Source: Candidatus Aenigmatarchaeota archaeon
GTDB taxonomy: Archaea > Aenigmatarchaeota > Aenigmatarchaeia > CG10238-14
Direction: 5' to 3'
DNA: 39,974 nt
Assembly: GCA_044343545.1 (NCBI GenBank)
Contig: JAWBZR010000005.1
Coordinates: 1-39,974 of the forward strand
Shown: one piece after another, positions 18,029 to 27,570 of the stretch
How the letters are laid out: each line of letters begins with the position of its first letter
Numbering within the stretch: the first letter of the stretch is position 1
Notes under the pieces: generated by a model
The model's database searches: none
Told to the model about the DNA's origin: nothing
Seen by the model: the letters and a program-made list of their open reading frames with translations, nothing else
Made by a program: the position numbers and the translations under genes

Positions 18029-18358
18029 TTAAACTTTTTCTATCACCACAAAGGCTTTTGTTTTTGACAAAGGCCTGCACTCTGCTATTTTTACTATATC
18101 ATCTTTTTTAGCATTTATACATGGTGGGTTATGAGCTGGTATTCTACTCAATCTTCTTTCATATCTTTCATACTTTGGAACATAATGCAGATAGTCTACC
18201 CTTACTATAACAGTATTTTGCATTCTATCAGATACAACTTTACCCTGAATTATCTTACCTCTTACAGGTAACTTGCCATGAAATGGACAAGACCTATCAT
18301 TACACACGCCTTCAGGTGGTTTTACATCATATCCTATATCTCTTGTCTTAACCTTCAT
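18029..18358 (-). CDS. rps17: 30S ribosomal protein S17
   Basis: [28 protein letters not shown]. Confidence 0.97.
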   Translation of the reverse strand: MKVKTRDIGYDVKPPEGVCNDRSCPFHGKLPVRGKIIQGKVVSDRMQNTVIVRVDYLHYVPKYERYERRLSRIPAHNPPCINAKKDDIVKIAECRPLSKTKAFVVIEKV

Positions 18359-18373
18359 ACTCGACACCGCAGC

Positions 18374-18568
18374 TTAATTTTCGATCCACATATATCTTTC
18401 TTCCAATTCTTCATTTATTAATTCATCAAATATTTTTTTAACCTTTTTATTAACTTCTCTTTCGCTTATATTCATGTCATTGCTCTCGAAAATTTCTCTA
18501 AACAAGTTTGCCCTTAATTCATCCCTAAACTTTTTACTCTTTATGAGCTCTATCCTTCTATTCATCAT
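18374..18568 (-). CDS. Small charged helical hypothetical protein between rnp1 and uS17
   Basis: TGATG-coupled to rnp1; fills the gap to the rps17 SD. Confidence 0.65.
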   Translation of the reverse strand: MMNRRIELIKSKKFRDELRANLFREIFESNDMNISEREVNKKVKKIFDELINEELEERYMWIEN

Positions 18569-18849
18569 CACCATCGTGGAAGCTTTTTCTTTATTCGATC
18601 CTCAGGTCTTCCTACAAGCAAGCTACCGTCTACTTCAACTCTTTTACCATTTGGTAACCGAAATATAAATATTGTTCCTTTTTTTTGTACCTTTTTCACG
18701 CCATCCTTCGCTTCTATCTCTATCATATTAAAAGTTTCATTGACAACCAAACCTTTTATGCCGATTAAATATTTATTTGTTGCCTTTTTAACCAAAACCT
18801 TCAACCCTATAAGCTCATGTCTCACTATATTCATCGGTGTTATCGGCAT
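18568..18849 (-). CDS. rnp1: Ribonuclease P protein component 1 (Rpp29/POP4)
   Basis: ITPMNIVRHELIGL, GLVVNET, LVGRPEDRIKK; conserved position upstream of S17. Confidence 0.95.
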   Translation of the reverse strand: MPITPMNIVRHELIGLKVLVKKATNKYLIGIKGLVVNETFNMIEIEAKDGVKKVQKKGTIFIFRLPNGKRVEVDGSLLVGRPEDRIKKKLPRW

Positions 18850-18886
18850 CAAGTTATTTGTAGGCAAAAGAGTTATAAATAGTTTG

Positions 18887-19519
18887 ATGAAAAAAGACAT
18901 AGAGAAGCTTGTGAATATGCTTATAAATGAAGGTTACTTGCGAAGTCCAAAAATAATAAGAGCTATGAAAAGGGTAGATAGAGAACTTTTTATGGCAAAA
19001 GAATTTAAAAAGTATGCTTATGTAGATGAACCGTTTCCCATACCGCCTTTTATTGCTCAAACAATCTCTGCTCCACACACTTATGCGATTATTTACGAAG
19101 CTTTAAATCTACAGAAAGGCGACAAATTTCTTGAAGTAGGTAGCGGCTCTGGTTACGGCGCAGCCTTGGCAAGAGAGATCGTTGGCAAAAAAGGTTTAGT
19201 AGTGAGTATTGAAATTAACAAAGAAACATTTCAATTTGCAAAAAAGAATCTAGAAAGGGCTGGATACAAGGATATAGTGCTAATTCTTGGGGATGGCAAA
19301 GAAGGATATCCCCCTCTTTCACCTTACGATAAAATATGCGTGACAGCGGCGGCTCAAAACATACCTCAACCACTCATAGATCAATTAAAAGATAAAGGCA
19401 AGCTTATTATCCCACTAGGAGAGCATTACAAGACTCAAGAGCTTGTTTTAATAGAAAAGTCAAAAAACAAAATAAAGAAAAAAGTTATCACCCACGTTTC
19501 ATATGTGCCTCTCGTTTAG
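18887..19519 (+). CDS. pcm: Protein-L-isoaspartate O-methyltransferase
   Basis: AYVDEP, QTISAPH, LEVGSGSGY, GDGKEGY, PYDKICVTAA, LIDQLK. Confidence 0.93.
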   Translation: MKKDIEKLVNMLINEGYLRSPKIIRAMKRVDRELFMAKEFKKYAYVDEPFPIPPFIAQTISAPHTYAIIYEALNLQKGDKFLEVGSGSGYGAALAREIVGKKGLVVSIEINKETFQFAKKNLERAGYKDIVLILGDGKEGYPPLSPYDKICVTAAAQNIPQPLIDQLKDKGKLIIPLGEHYKTQELVLIEKSKNKIKKKVITHVSYVPLV

Positions 19520-19827
19520 CCTTCCTCTATCATCTCTTTTTCATATCCTAAACCAAGAAGTATTTCTTTCGCTCTCTTGGAATGGTTTCCTTGCAATTCT
19601 ATCCTTTTATCCTTATAAGAACCACCACAAGCGAGCTTTTGTTTCAATGTCTTTAATATAGATTTTGCTGAACTTTCATCAATTCCCTCAATCAATGTAA
19701 CTGGTTTGCCAAATTTTCTCGTAGTCGTGTATATCTTTATTTTTGTTGACTCTCTTTCTATGATCTTGCATGTACATATATCCGTAGGCAATCCACAAGT
19801 TGGACAAACACCAATCTTTTCAGCCAT
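19516..19827 (-). CDS. sui1: Translation initiation factor aIF-1 (SUI1)
   Basis: CPTCGLP..IC.C, KFGKPVTLIEG, LKQKLACGG, IELQGNH. Confidence 0.96.
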   Translation of the reverse strand: MAEKIGVCPTCGLPTDICTCKIIERESTKIKIYTTTRKFGKPVTLIEGIDESSAKSILKTLKQKLACGGSYKDKRIELQGNHSKRAKEILLGLGYEKEMIEEG

Positions 19828-19920
19828 TTATTACTTGACCACCTATAATTTCTTGTTTTAGAAATTTAAGTATTATAAATATAAAATTTTGTAACACTAA
19901 AATTTTGAAACAAAACCAAC

Positions 19921-20127
19921 TTAACCAGCCCTTTTATAACTTCTTTCAGTCTTTATAGTCAAAATTCGTGCTATATTTTTTCTTATTTCCCTTATTCTTC
20001 CTGGATTTTTGACTGTACCTCCCATAGCCACACTACTTTTTTCCTTCATTAAATCTAATCTCAAGTCATTCAACAGCTTATCCAACTCAGCATCACTCAT
20101 TTTTTTCAATTCTTTCTTTTTCATCAT
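19921..20127 (-). CDS. rpl29: 50S ribosomal protein L29
   Basis: NPGRIREIRKNIARILTI. Confidence 0.96.
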   Translation of the reverse strand: MMKKKELKKMSDAELDKLLNDLRLDLMKEKSSVAMGGTVKNPGRIREIRKNIARILTIKTERSYKRAG

Positions 20128-20725
20128 TAGCCACCAATTCTAACATTTTTTCATTCAACTCTTCTGGCATTTCAGTTAAAATCTTCACTTGAACACCTAT
20201 AATACCTAATTTTACAAGTGCAGTAGCATAACCCTTTTTCACAAGCGTGTCGGCATAATAACCAGAATGTTTTATATATCCTTGCCTAAACTTTTGAAAT
20301 CTTGCCCTCTCACTCCCAAGCTTGCCGCCAATTTTTATCTCAACTCCTATTGCACCAGCCTCCATTACTTTATCTATATAATAACCGGCTATTTTCTTGT
20401 AAAAACCTCCCCTTTCTATTGCTCTAGCTATTTTATTTGCTACAATATGTGCATCCAAAAATGGATTTTCAACCTCTCTTACATCTAACATGGGATTCTC
20501 AAGTTGAAATTTCTCTTTTATTTCTTCTGTTATTTCATTGATTTTTTTCCCGGATTTACCCACAACCAAGCCAGGTTTTTCAGCATAAACCAATATTCTA
20601 ACCCCTAAAGGTGTTCTTTGAATGTTCGAATGACTATAACCTGCCTTTTCAAACTTTTCTTTCAAATATTCCTCTAATTGTGTTTCCTTCACTGATTCTT
20701 TTATAAAAAATTTTTCCATCGCCAT
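20093..20725 (-). CDS. rps3: 30S ribosomal protein S3
   Basis: AGYS....RTPLG, PGLVVGKSG, AGAIGVEIKIGGKL, LGIIGVQVKI. Confidence 0.97.
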   Translation of the reverse strand: MAMEKFFIKESVKETQLEEYLKEKFEKAGYSHSNIQRTPLGVRILVYAEKPGLVVGKSGKKINEITEEIKEKFQLENPMLDVREVENPFLDAHIVANKIARAIERGGFYKKIAGYYIDKVMEAGAIGVEIKIGGKLGSERARFQKFRQGYIKHSGYYADTLVKKGYATALVKLGIIGVQVKILTEMPEELNEKMLELVANDEKERIEKNE

Positions 20726-21087
20726 TACCTCTCCTCCACCTCTATCTCAAGATGACATATCTTTGCCCTTCTACCTCTATGAGTCACCCTGCTCTTAGGT
20801 AGAGTGAATGTAAATGATTTATTTGCTACGAGCCTTTTTATAAATAACCTTTCAGTGTTCATTCCTTTTGCTTCCGCATTACTTTTAGCATAACTAAACA
20901 ATTCCAAAATAACCTTACACGCGCCAGTATAGTATTTTCCTTTTATGTTTCTTTTTTTTGCCAATAATTCCTCAACAAACCTTGTTGCCTTGTCTAACCT
21001 CTTACCTCTAAGCATTTTGAAAATTACGTTAGCATCCTTTTTAGAAATTCTCGCATTTCTTTTCTTAGCGACTGCAATCTTTTCCAT
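20725..21087 (-). CDS. rpl22: 50S ribosomal protein L22 (short)
   Basis: ARISKK, AKSNAEAKG, HLEIEVEE; immediately upstream of S3. Confidence 0.92.
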   Translation of the reverse strand: MEKIAVAKKRNARISKKDANVIFKMLRGKRLDKATRFVEELLAKKRNIKGKYYTGACKVILELFSYAKSNAEAKGMNTERLFIKRLVANKSFTFTLPKSRVTHRGRRAKICHLEIEVEER

Positions 21088-21274
21088 CAAACATCACGTT
21101 TACGCTAAACATATATGAAAAAAAGATTTTTAAATTTTTGAGCGAAAGTCATTTGCGGATTTTTTTTAAATATTTAACATTCCCATTAATATGTAATATG
21201 ACAAAAATCTTCGCTTTTTAAATGTCAAAAACTTTTTCTTAGGGGTGATTTAGGGTGGTTAAAAGCCAATTTGC

Positions 21275-21553
21275 ATGAATGAAAAGCATATTGACGTTGT
21301 CAAACTTTTATCGAAACTAAACCACACCCAAAAAATTTTGCTCACTGAGCTTTGCAATGTTGGCAGTTATGTAACGGTTACAAATTTCATAGAATCAGTC
21401 GTTTGGAAGTATGGCCTTCCAGAATCAACGGTTAGGTGGAATGTAAAAAAACTAAAGTCTTTTGGATTGTTATGCAGCGAAAGAGGCAAACCTGTCTCGC
21501 TCAACACAACTGCAATGGATATTTTAAAATACAAAGGAGGTGAAGAAAAATGA
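21275..21553 (+). CDS. Winged helix-turn-helix protein
   Basis: LNHTQKILL...YGLPESTVRWNVKKLKSFGLL. Confidence 0.75.
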   Translation: MNEKHIDVVKLLSKLNHTQKILLTELCNVGSYVTVTNFIESVVWKYGLPESTVRWNVKKLKSFGLLCSERGKPVSLNTTAMDILKYKGGEEK

Positions 21554-21783
21554 AAATTTATTATTGGGTTGTTGGAATATTGGATGGAACAAAGTTAAAA
21601 GATCCTTTAATAATTACTACTCAAGATCCCTCTAGAGAGGAAGAAGCAATAAGATATTACATGGATAGGACGGGATATACAAATCGAAAAAATATAATTG
21701 TAGGTTACTTGGGAAATTACATACCGCCAGAGTTAAACGGAAAAACGATTTGCTTGTATCCCCAACCTATTCAAGGCTATTAG
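21550..21783 (+). CDS. Hypothetical protein (77 aa), coupled to the wHTH gene
   Basis: SD GGAGGTGA; ATGA overlap with the upstream stop. Confidence 0.7.
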   Translation: MKIYYWVVGILDGTKLKDPLIITTQDPSREEEAIRYYMDRTGYTNRKNIIVGYLGNYIPPELNGKTICLYPQPIQGY

Positions 21784-21785
21784 CT

Positions 21786-22169
21786 CTACTTCAATGGCAC
21801 ATGCTTGCTTGCCCTAGTAGCACCAACACCAGGCGCAGAGTGCTTTACTCTCTGCCTGGTCAAAGCAAACTCTCCCAACCTATGGCCAATCATTTGCTCG
21901 GTTATTATAACAGGCACAAACTCCTTGCCATTATGTACACCTACTCTCTTTCCAACCATTTCAGGCAAGATGACCATATCTCTTTCATGAGTCCTATGAA
22001 ACTTTTCAGGATATTTTCTTAAATTTTCCAATAGTTTTTTTTGCCTCTCGCTCAAGCCTCTTTTTAATGTCCTCTTTATTCTACTTGTAGTTAATCTCGC
22101 AAACTCTTCGATACTCATTCTTTGCAATTCTTCAAGTGTTTTCCCCTTGTATAAAAATTGTCTTGCCAT
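21786..22169 (-). CDS. rps19: 30S ribosomal protein S19
   Basis: [39 protein letters not shown]. Confidence 0.97.
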   Translation of the reverse strand: MARQFLYKGKTLEELQRMSIEEFARLTTSRIKRTLKRGLSERQKKLLENLRKYPEKFHRTHERDMVILPEMVGKRVGVHNGKEFVPVIITEQMIGHRLGEFALTRQRVKHSAPGVGATRASKHVPLK

Positions 22170-22195
22170 AAATATCACTATCTTGTCCATAATTT

Positions 22196-22897
22196 TTATT
22201 TCTTTCTCCTGCCCATTCTCCTTGGAGATATCGCGCCAACTTTTCTACCAGGAGGTGCATGACGAGAGACGCTTTTAGGTATACCAGGTTTTGTCTTACC
22301 GCCAAACGGATGATCCACGGCATTCATAGAAACACCTTTAACAACGGGCCAAATCTTACCTCTAACAAGAGATTTGTAATGCTTTTGACCCGCCTTCAAG
22401 AAAGGTTTAGATGTTCTACCCCAGCCTGCTGGAACACCGACCATTGCCAAGCAATTTTCATTAACTTCTTTAATTTTGCCATTAGAAAACATTATTCTCA
22501 CTTTTCCTTTTAATTTGCCAATAACTGTAGCAAAGGTTCCAGAACTTCTGCAAAATTTTGGACCGGAGCCGGGGTAAGCTTCTATGCAACATATCTTCAT
22601 TCCTTCTGGAATTTTAGAAACAGGTAAAACACTTCCCAAGCTCAAATTTTCCCAATAGTTTATTTTATCACCCACTTTTATGCCATCAACAGCTATATGC
22701 AACTTTACAGTCTTATCTGGAAACTCCACCACGCTTAATGGAGCATTCCTGCCAGGGTCGTGAATAATGTCTTTAACAATGCCATAAGAAACGTCCTTTG
22801 AAAGATAAAACTCCACTTTACCTGCCCATTTGTGAGAAGGTACTCTGTATCTTGGACCGCCTTTTCCTCTTGCCCTTGATTTTATTCTCTTTCCCAC
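22196..22897 (-). CDS. rpl2: 50S ribosomal protein L2
   Basis: [23 protein letters not shown]; GTG start after GGGTGA. Confidence 0.97.
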   Translation of the reverse strand: MGKRIKSRARGKGGPRYRVPSHKWAGKVEFYLSKDVSYGIVKDIIHDPGRNAPLSVVEFPDKTVKLHIAVDGIKVGDKINYWENLSLGSVLPVSKIPEGMKICCIEAYPGSGPKFCRSSGTFATVIGKLKGKVRIMFSNGKIKEVNENCLAMVGVPAGWGRTSKPFLKAGQKHYKSLVRGKIWPVVKGVSMNAVDHPFGGKTKPGIPKSVSRHAPPGRKVGAISPRRMGRRKK

Positions 22898-22908
22898 GCT
22901 TATCACCC

Positions 22909-23169
22909 TTACATTATACCTAACCTCACGGCAATATCAGAAGCCGAATATTGGGGTTTTAATTTTATAATTGCTTTCTTCTTTCCTTTCCTCGTTATCA
23001 TAGTGTTAACCTTTTCGACCTTTACGTTAAAGAGTTGCTCAAAAGCATTTTTAATATCTTCCTTCGTATACCTCCTATCTACAATAAACACTATTTTGTT
23101 CTGCTTCGTGATCATTTCAACACTTTTTTCAGTCACAAGCGGGTGGCTTAGGACTTCAAACGGATCCAT
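22909..23169 (-). CDS. rpl23: 50S ribosomal protein L23
   Basis: PLVTEK, KVNT, KKAIIKL. Confidence 0.97.
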   Translation of the reverse strand: MDPFEVLSHPLVTEKSVEMITKQNKIVFIVDRRYTKEDIKNAFEQLFNVKVEKVNTMITRKGKKKAIIKLKPQYSASDIAVRLGIM

Positions 23170-23962
23170 ACTTTCCCTCCTTCAATGCTTCTATAGCAGA
23201 CAAGCTCCAAATAGATATTCTACCCGGATGTGCGCCAGGAGCCAAGTGCTCTACTGTTAAATCTTTTAGCAAAACAGCATCAACTCCAACAATATTTCGA
23301 GCGGCACGTAAAATACCGTTATCTTCCAGCACAACTACGAGCGGTCCTTTTTTAGTCTTATACCTTCTTCCTCTCATCTTTCCCTTACCTGGCCTTTCTC
23401 TTCTTTCTCTACACCTTTCTATCTCTTTCTCCAAACCTATTTTTTTCAAAATGCTTTCAAATTCCTTCGTTTTTTTAACGTTTTGAATTTCATCATCGAA
23501 AATTATAGGTAGTTTTAATCCATCAACCTTATGTCCTCTTTTTTTGACCATTTCTATATTAAATGAAGCTGAAATTGCCGACCAAAAAGCTAGGAGAAGT
23601 TCTTTTTTGTTGATTTTCTGAGCAAATATCTTTTCTACTTTTGGAGGATGTGCCCTTCTACCCTTTACAGCTTGGGGTACTCTTCTCACTCTAAATACCA
23701 TTTGTGGTGACGTTCTATGCAATCTTGGAAGCCTTGCTATGCCTCTATTTATCATTTGATATCTCGTCCTTCTTCTTCCGTGATAGTGAGCTGATGTTCT
23801 CAAACCAGCCAACGGATCTGTGCCATAAGGTTGTCTTTTTTGGCTTTGTAACGCCAAAACTGCCCTTCTTATTACATCCTCTCTTATTGGCACAAAAAAG
23901 GATGAAGGTAAGTCTATTTGTTTTTTGACCTTGCCATCCAAACCATAAACATTAGCCTTCAT
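23156..23962 (-). CDS. rpl4: 50S ribosomal protein L4
   Basis: [28 protein letters not shown]. Confidence 0.97.
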   Translation of the reverse strand: MKANVYGLDGKVKKQIDLPSSFFVPIREDVIRRAVLALQSQKRQPYGTDPLAGLRTSAHYHGRRRTRYQMINRGIARLPRLHRTSPQMVFRVRRVPQAVKGRRAHPPKVEKIFAQKINKKELLLAFWSAISASFNIEMVKKRGHKVDGLKLPIIFDDEIQNVKKTKEFESILKKIGLEKEIERCRERRERPGKGKMRGRRYKTKKGPLVVVLEDNGILRAARNIVGVDAVLLKDLTVEHLAPGAHPGRISIWSLSAIEALKEGKYGSV

Positions 23963-23968
23963 CTACCA

Positions 23969-24952
23969 TCACTTTATTATTTCTTTGATTTCTACAGGTA
24001 AAAATGGAGTTTTGGGTTGCCTAACAGCATGCCTAAACATGATTAATCTCTTTTTTGGTCCTGGCACGGAGCCTTCCAATAATATCCAACTAGATTTTAC
24101 AACGCCATAATTTTTGTAGCCGGAAGGTGTGTTGATCTGCTTGGGATCTATATCGATTTTCAAGATCCTTTTGTTATACTCGGTTCTTTGGAAGAAGCCC
24201 ATTTGACCTTGCCGTGGAACAGTCCATCTAACTCTGCCAGGTGATTGCGAACCCAAGCTACCTATTTGTCGATGATGCTTCATATTCTTTCTCGGCTGTA
24301 TTTTCACCCCAAATCTCTTAACCACGCCTTCTGTGCCCTTGCCTTTGGTTATTGCAATGACGTCCACATATTCACCTTCCCTGAAAATGTCGCTAACTTT
24401 TATTTCCTTACCCAAGATTTCCCTAGCATATTTCAACTTTTCTTTTACATCTAAACCGCCGATGTCTATTTCAAAAACCTCTGGTGTTTTTTTACCAAGA
24501 CCGCTCAAGTGAGGAGATGTTGCGACAATTAAAGAAATGTCTGCAATTTTCGAAATATTTTTTTCTATTTTTGCAATCTTCTCCTCGGTTTTCACGTCTC
24601 CAATTTTTATCTTCCTTGCCAAATATCTATCTTTTTTTATGCTTTCGCTCAAAACATCTTGGAAAGCTTTGAGGCCATTATAATCTTGAGTATATGCTCT
24701 AAAACCTACGACTTTTAACGGTGGACACTCCAAAATCGTTGCAGGAATAACTATGTTTTCTCCTTTTGTCGGCGAATTCTTTCGCGTATCAGTAATGAGA
24801 AGGCTTATCATACCTACCTTGTATCCTGAAAATTCTAACGGTTTGAGTTTTTCAGAAATAGATTTACCTCTAACAGAAGGATAAATTCTTTTGGCTCTCT
24901 TTCTTGGGTAAAAAGCTAATGACCCTCTTCTCGGCCTTTTTGTTTTTGGCAT
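23969..24952 (-). CDS. rpl3: 50S ribosomal protein L3
   Basis: RPRRGSLAFYPRKRA, TKGKGTEGVVKRFG, GSVPGPKKRL. Confidence 0.97.
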   Translation of the reverse strand: MPKTKRPRRGSLAFYPRKRAKRIYPSVRGKSISEKLKPLEFSGYKVGMISLLITDTRKNSPTKGENIVIPATILECPPLKVVGFRAYTQDYNGLKAFQDVLSESIKKDRYLARKIKIGDVKTEEKIAKIEKNISKIADISLIVATSPHLSGLGKKTPEVFEIDIGGLDVKEKLKYAREILGKEIKVSDIFREGEYVDVIAITKGKGTEGVVKRFGVKIQPRKNMKHHRQIGSLGSQSPGRVRWTVPRQGQMGFFQRTEYNKRILKIDIDPKQINTPSGYKNYGVVKSSWILLEGSVPGPKKRLIMFRHAVRQPKTPFLPVEIKEIIK

Positions 24953-24983
24953 AATTAACTCACACAAAAATTTTATTGTCAAT

Positions 24984-25013
24984 ATTTATAACTTTTTTAT
25001 CAAATGTTTAAAA
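24984..25013. promoter_or_regulatory. Back-to-back BRE/TATA elements for rpl3 (minus strand) and the HIT operon (plus strand)
   Basis: Minus: AAAAAAG-TTATAAAT about 32 nt before the rpl3 ATG. Plus: TTTAAAA about 24 nt before the HIT ATG (leaderless spacing). Confidence 0.5.
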
Positions 25014-25036
25014 CATTAAAAAAATAAATAAGTTTC

Positions 25037-25540
25037 ATGGAATGTATTTTCTGTGCAATCGCTAAAAAGAGCTTGGCAAGTAGAATAGTGTATGAAGATA
25101 ATGAAACAATGGCTTTTTTAGACATAACACCGAGATCAAAAGGCATGTGTTTGGTTATACCAAAAAAACATATTGAAAATTTCAACCAAGATGTTAACTT
25201 GGCAAAAGAGTGTTTTGAAACTGCATTGATAGTCGAGCAAAAAATTTTCAAGTCATTAAAACCTTTGGCCGTCTTTATAGCTGCACTACCATCACAAGTG
25301 CCTCATGCTCATCTCAGAGTATATCCAGTGTATGAAAAGGAAATACCGTTAATAGAAAACAAACCCATACAAACAAACGATGCAGAGTTGGATGAAATTG
25401 CTAAAAAACTGAAAAGTGTAAATATTGAAAAGGCCAAAAAGAATATAGAAGAAAACAAACCTAAGGAAGAAAAGAAGGTAGTCACTGATGAAAAAAAAGA
25501 AGATACAAGCTGGATAAAAAGGTATTTTGAGGTGGCTTGA
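25037..25540 (+). CDS. HIT-family protein with degenerate triad (HAHLR)
   Basis: CIFC, VYED..TMAFLDI.P, LVIPKKH, QVPHAHLRVYP; charged C-terminal extension. Confidence 0.88.
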   Translation: MECIFCAIAKKSLASRIVYEDNETMAFLDITPRSKGMCLVIPKKHIENFNQDVNLAKECFETALIVEQKIFKSLKPLAVFIAALPSQVPHAHLRVYPVYEKEIPLIENKPIQTNDAELDEIAKKLKSVNIEKAKKNIEENKPKEEKKVVTDEKKEDTSWIKRYFEVA

Positions 25541-25977
25541 TGGAAGAGGAAAAATGCATATTTTGCGGTATTGCTTCGGGTGAAATACACTCTTACAAAG
25601 TTTTTGAAGACCAAAAGTTTTTAGCTATTTTAGATATATTCCCGATAACACCAGGACATGTAATAGTCTTTCCAAAAAAACATTACGATTCTTTCTTTAA
25701 AATCCCTGACATGGATAGAATACAACTTTTTGAGGTCGTCAAAAAAGTTGCCGAAGCTATCACTCAAGCAATGGATACTGATAGCTTCAACATAATGATT
25801 TTTGAAGGTAAAAATTCTAACAAGAACATATTTCATGACCCTCAAGTGCATATAATACCTCGATACCCTCAAGACGGTTTAAACTTTAACCTTCCTAGAA
25901 GCAGGTACGCGGAAGGGCAAGCCGAGCAAGCTTACAGAAAAATAGCAAGGTTTTTGAAGGGGGTGAATGTTAGATGA
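25540..25977 (+). CDS. HIT-family protein with degenerate triad (HDPQVH)
   Basis: [32 protein letters not shown]. Confidence 0.88.
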   Translation: MEEEKCIFCGIASGEIHSYKVFEDQKFLAILDIFPITPGHVIVFPKKHYDSFFKIPDMDRIQLFEVVKKVAEAITQAMDTDSFNIMIFEGKNSNKNIFHDPQVHIIPRYPQDGLNFNLPRSRYAEGQAEQAYRKIARFLKGVNVR

Positions 25978-26456
25978 AAATGGAAGTTGTCAAAGTAAAA
26001 ATACCTGAAGGTTGCAACGTCATTTTAGGACAGAGCCACTTTATTAAAACCGTTGAAGACTTGTACGAAGCTATCGTCAACACTGTACCTCAAGCTAAGT
26101 TTGGAATAGGTTTTTGTGAAGCTAGCGGAAAGGCTTTGATAAGATGTATAGGTAATGATAAAGAGCTTGAAAAATTAGCTGCTGAAACGGCATTTCAAAT
26201 AGGTTGCGGCCATAGCTTCATCATATTTCTGAAAGATGCCTATCCTATAAACGTTTTGAATAGAATAAAAGACGTGTATGAAGTTGTTAGCTTATATGCT
26301 GCTACAGCTAATCCTTTAGAAGTTATAGTAGCCGAAACTGAGCAAGGAAGAGGTATACTAGGAGTAATAGATGGGATGAAACCTAAAGGGATAGAAAAGG
26401 AAGAAGATGTTAAAGAAAGGAAAGATTTCTTGAGAAAAATAGGTTACAAGATTTAA
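25974..26456 (+). CDS. DUF355 / 'adenosine-specific kinase' family protein
   Basis: [50 protein letters not shown]. Confidence 0.92.
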   Translation: MKMEVVKVKIPEGCNVILGQSHFIKTVEDLYEAIVNTVPQAKFGIGFCEASGKALIRCIGNDKELEKLAAETAFQIGCGHSFIIFLKDAYPINVLNRIKDVYEVVSLYAATANPLEVIVAETEQGRGILGVIDGMKPKGIEKEEDVKERKDFLRKIGYKI

Positions 26457-26459
26457 AAA

Positions 26460-26532
26460 GCGCCAGTAGTCTAGCCTGGCAGGACACCGGCCTTCCAAGC
26501 CGTTGGCGCGGGTTCAAATCCCGCCTGGCGCA
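26460..26532 (+). tRNA. tRNA-Gly(TCC), CCA not encoded
   Basis: GCGCCAG/CTGGCGC acceptor stem, CCGGC-CT TCC AA-GCCGT anticodon arm, GCGGG TTCAAAT CCCGC T arm, A73. Confidence 0.96.
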
Positions 26533-27095
26533 TTTTTCAATTTTTCTTCTTCCTCTAACAAATCTTCATGTTTACTCTTTGTGGCAGGATGTTTAGGTCC
26601 CAACAAATCGCAAAATTCAGGACCTATGGAAATTTCAAAAGTTCCTATCTTTTTCGCCAAATCTATTATTTCTTGCTTATCCATGGTCAGCAATGGTCTA
26701 ACTATAGGAATAGAAATTGCCTTCGTGATGCTAATTAAATTGCTTAAGGTTTGACTTGAAACTTGACCCAAACTTTCTCCAGTAACTATAAAATCGCACC
26801 CTTCACTCTTAGCTATCTCTTCAGCCTTTCTCATCATGTATCTTTTCATAAGCACGAAATAATATTTTCTATTGCATTTTGTAGCTATTCTTTCAAAATC
26901 CTCACTTGCATCTATGCAAATGAATTTTTTTATTCCCAAAAAGTTGGCGATCTTTCTTGCTTTTTCTTCTGGCTCTTTACCTGTAAACTTTTCACTTGAA
27001 AAATGCAAAGCTAACAATTCTACCCCTAAGCGTTTGACCATCCAAGCAGCAACAGGGCTATCTATTCCACCGCTTAAAAGTGCTATGGCTTTCAT
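26514..27095 (-). CDS. ThiI-family PP-loop protein, catalytic domain only (no THUMP domain)
   Basis: LLSGGIDSPVA, TGESLGQVSSQT, RPL..MDKQEII..A..IGT, FC...KHP. Confidence 0.85.
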   Translation of the reverse strand: MKAIALLSGGIDSPVAAWMVKRLGVELLALHFSSEKFTGKEPEEKARKIANFLGIKKFICIDASEDFERIATKCNRKYYFVLMKRYMMRKAEEIAKSEGCDFIVTGESLGQVSSQTLSNLISITKAISIPIVRPLLTMDKQEIIDLAKKIGTFEISIGPEFCDLLGPKHPATKSKHEDLLEEEEKLKNAPGGI

Positions 27096-27181
27096 CAAAT
27101 AAAGTTTTAAAAAGGTTAAAATATAAAAGAAAAAGGTTAAAAGTTTAATAAACTTTGGGCACATAATCTTATGTGATATCT

Positions 27182-27568
27182 ATGAGACACGATCTAATCT
27201 CAGACGTATTATCTATAATAAAGAATGCTGAAAGAGTGGGAAAGAAAGAGTGCATAACACCTGCCTCTAATTTAGCAAAACAAATGCTGCTCATAATGCA
27301 AAGAGAAGGGTATATAGGTAAGTTTGAATTCATAGATGATGGAAGAGGAGGCAAGTTTAAGATAGAATTGAAAAACAAGATAAATAACTGCAACTCCATA
27401 CGGCCGAGATATGCTACAAGTTATACTCAATTTGAAAAATGGGAAAAGAGATTCTTGCCAGCAAGAGACTTTGGAATAATAATTTTAAGTACAGATAAGG
27501 GTTTGATGACTCACAAAGAAGCTAAAGAGAAAAAAATAGGAGGAAGACTAATAGCTTACGTTTACTAG
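27182..27568 (+). CDS. rps8: 30S ribosomal protein S8
   Basis: IKNAERVGK, GYIGKFEFIDDGRGG, EKRFLPARDFG, GGRLIAYVY. Confidence 0.97.
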   Translation: MRHDLISDVLSIIKNAERVGKKECITPASNLAKQMLLIMQREGYIGKFEFIDDGRGGKFKIELKNKINNCNSIRPRYATSYTQFEKWEKRFLPARDFGIIILSTDKGLMTHKEAKEKKIGGRLIAYVY

Positions 27569-27570
27569 TG

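Noticed and set aside
10545-21783. Possible paralogy of orphans 10545..10871 and 21550..21783 (MKI.Y start, KN..G..PE.N)
   Set aside because: Similarity too weak to call by eye; needs a profile comparison
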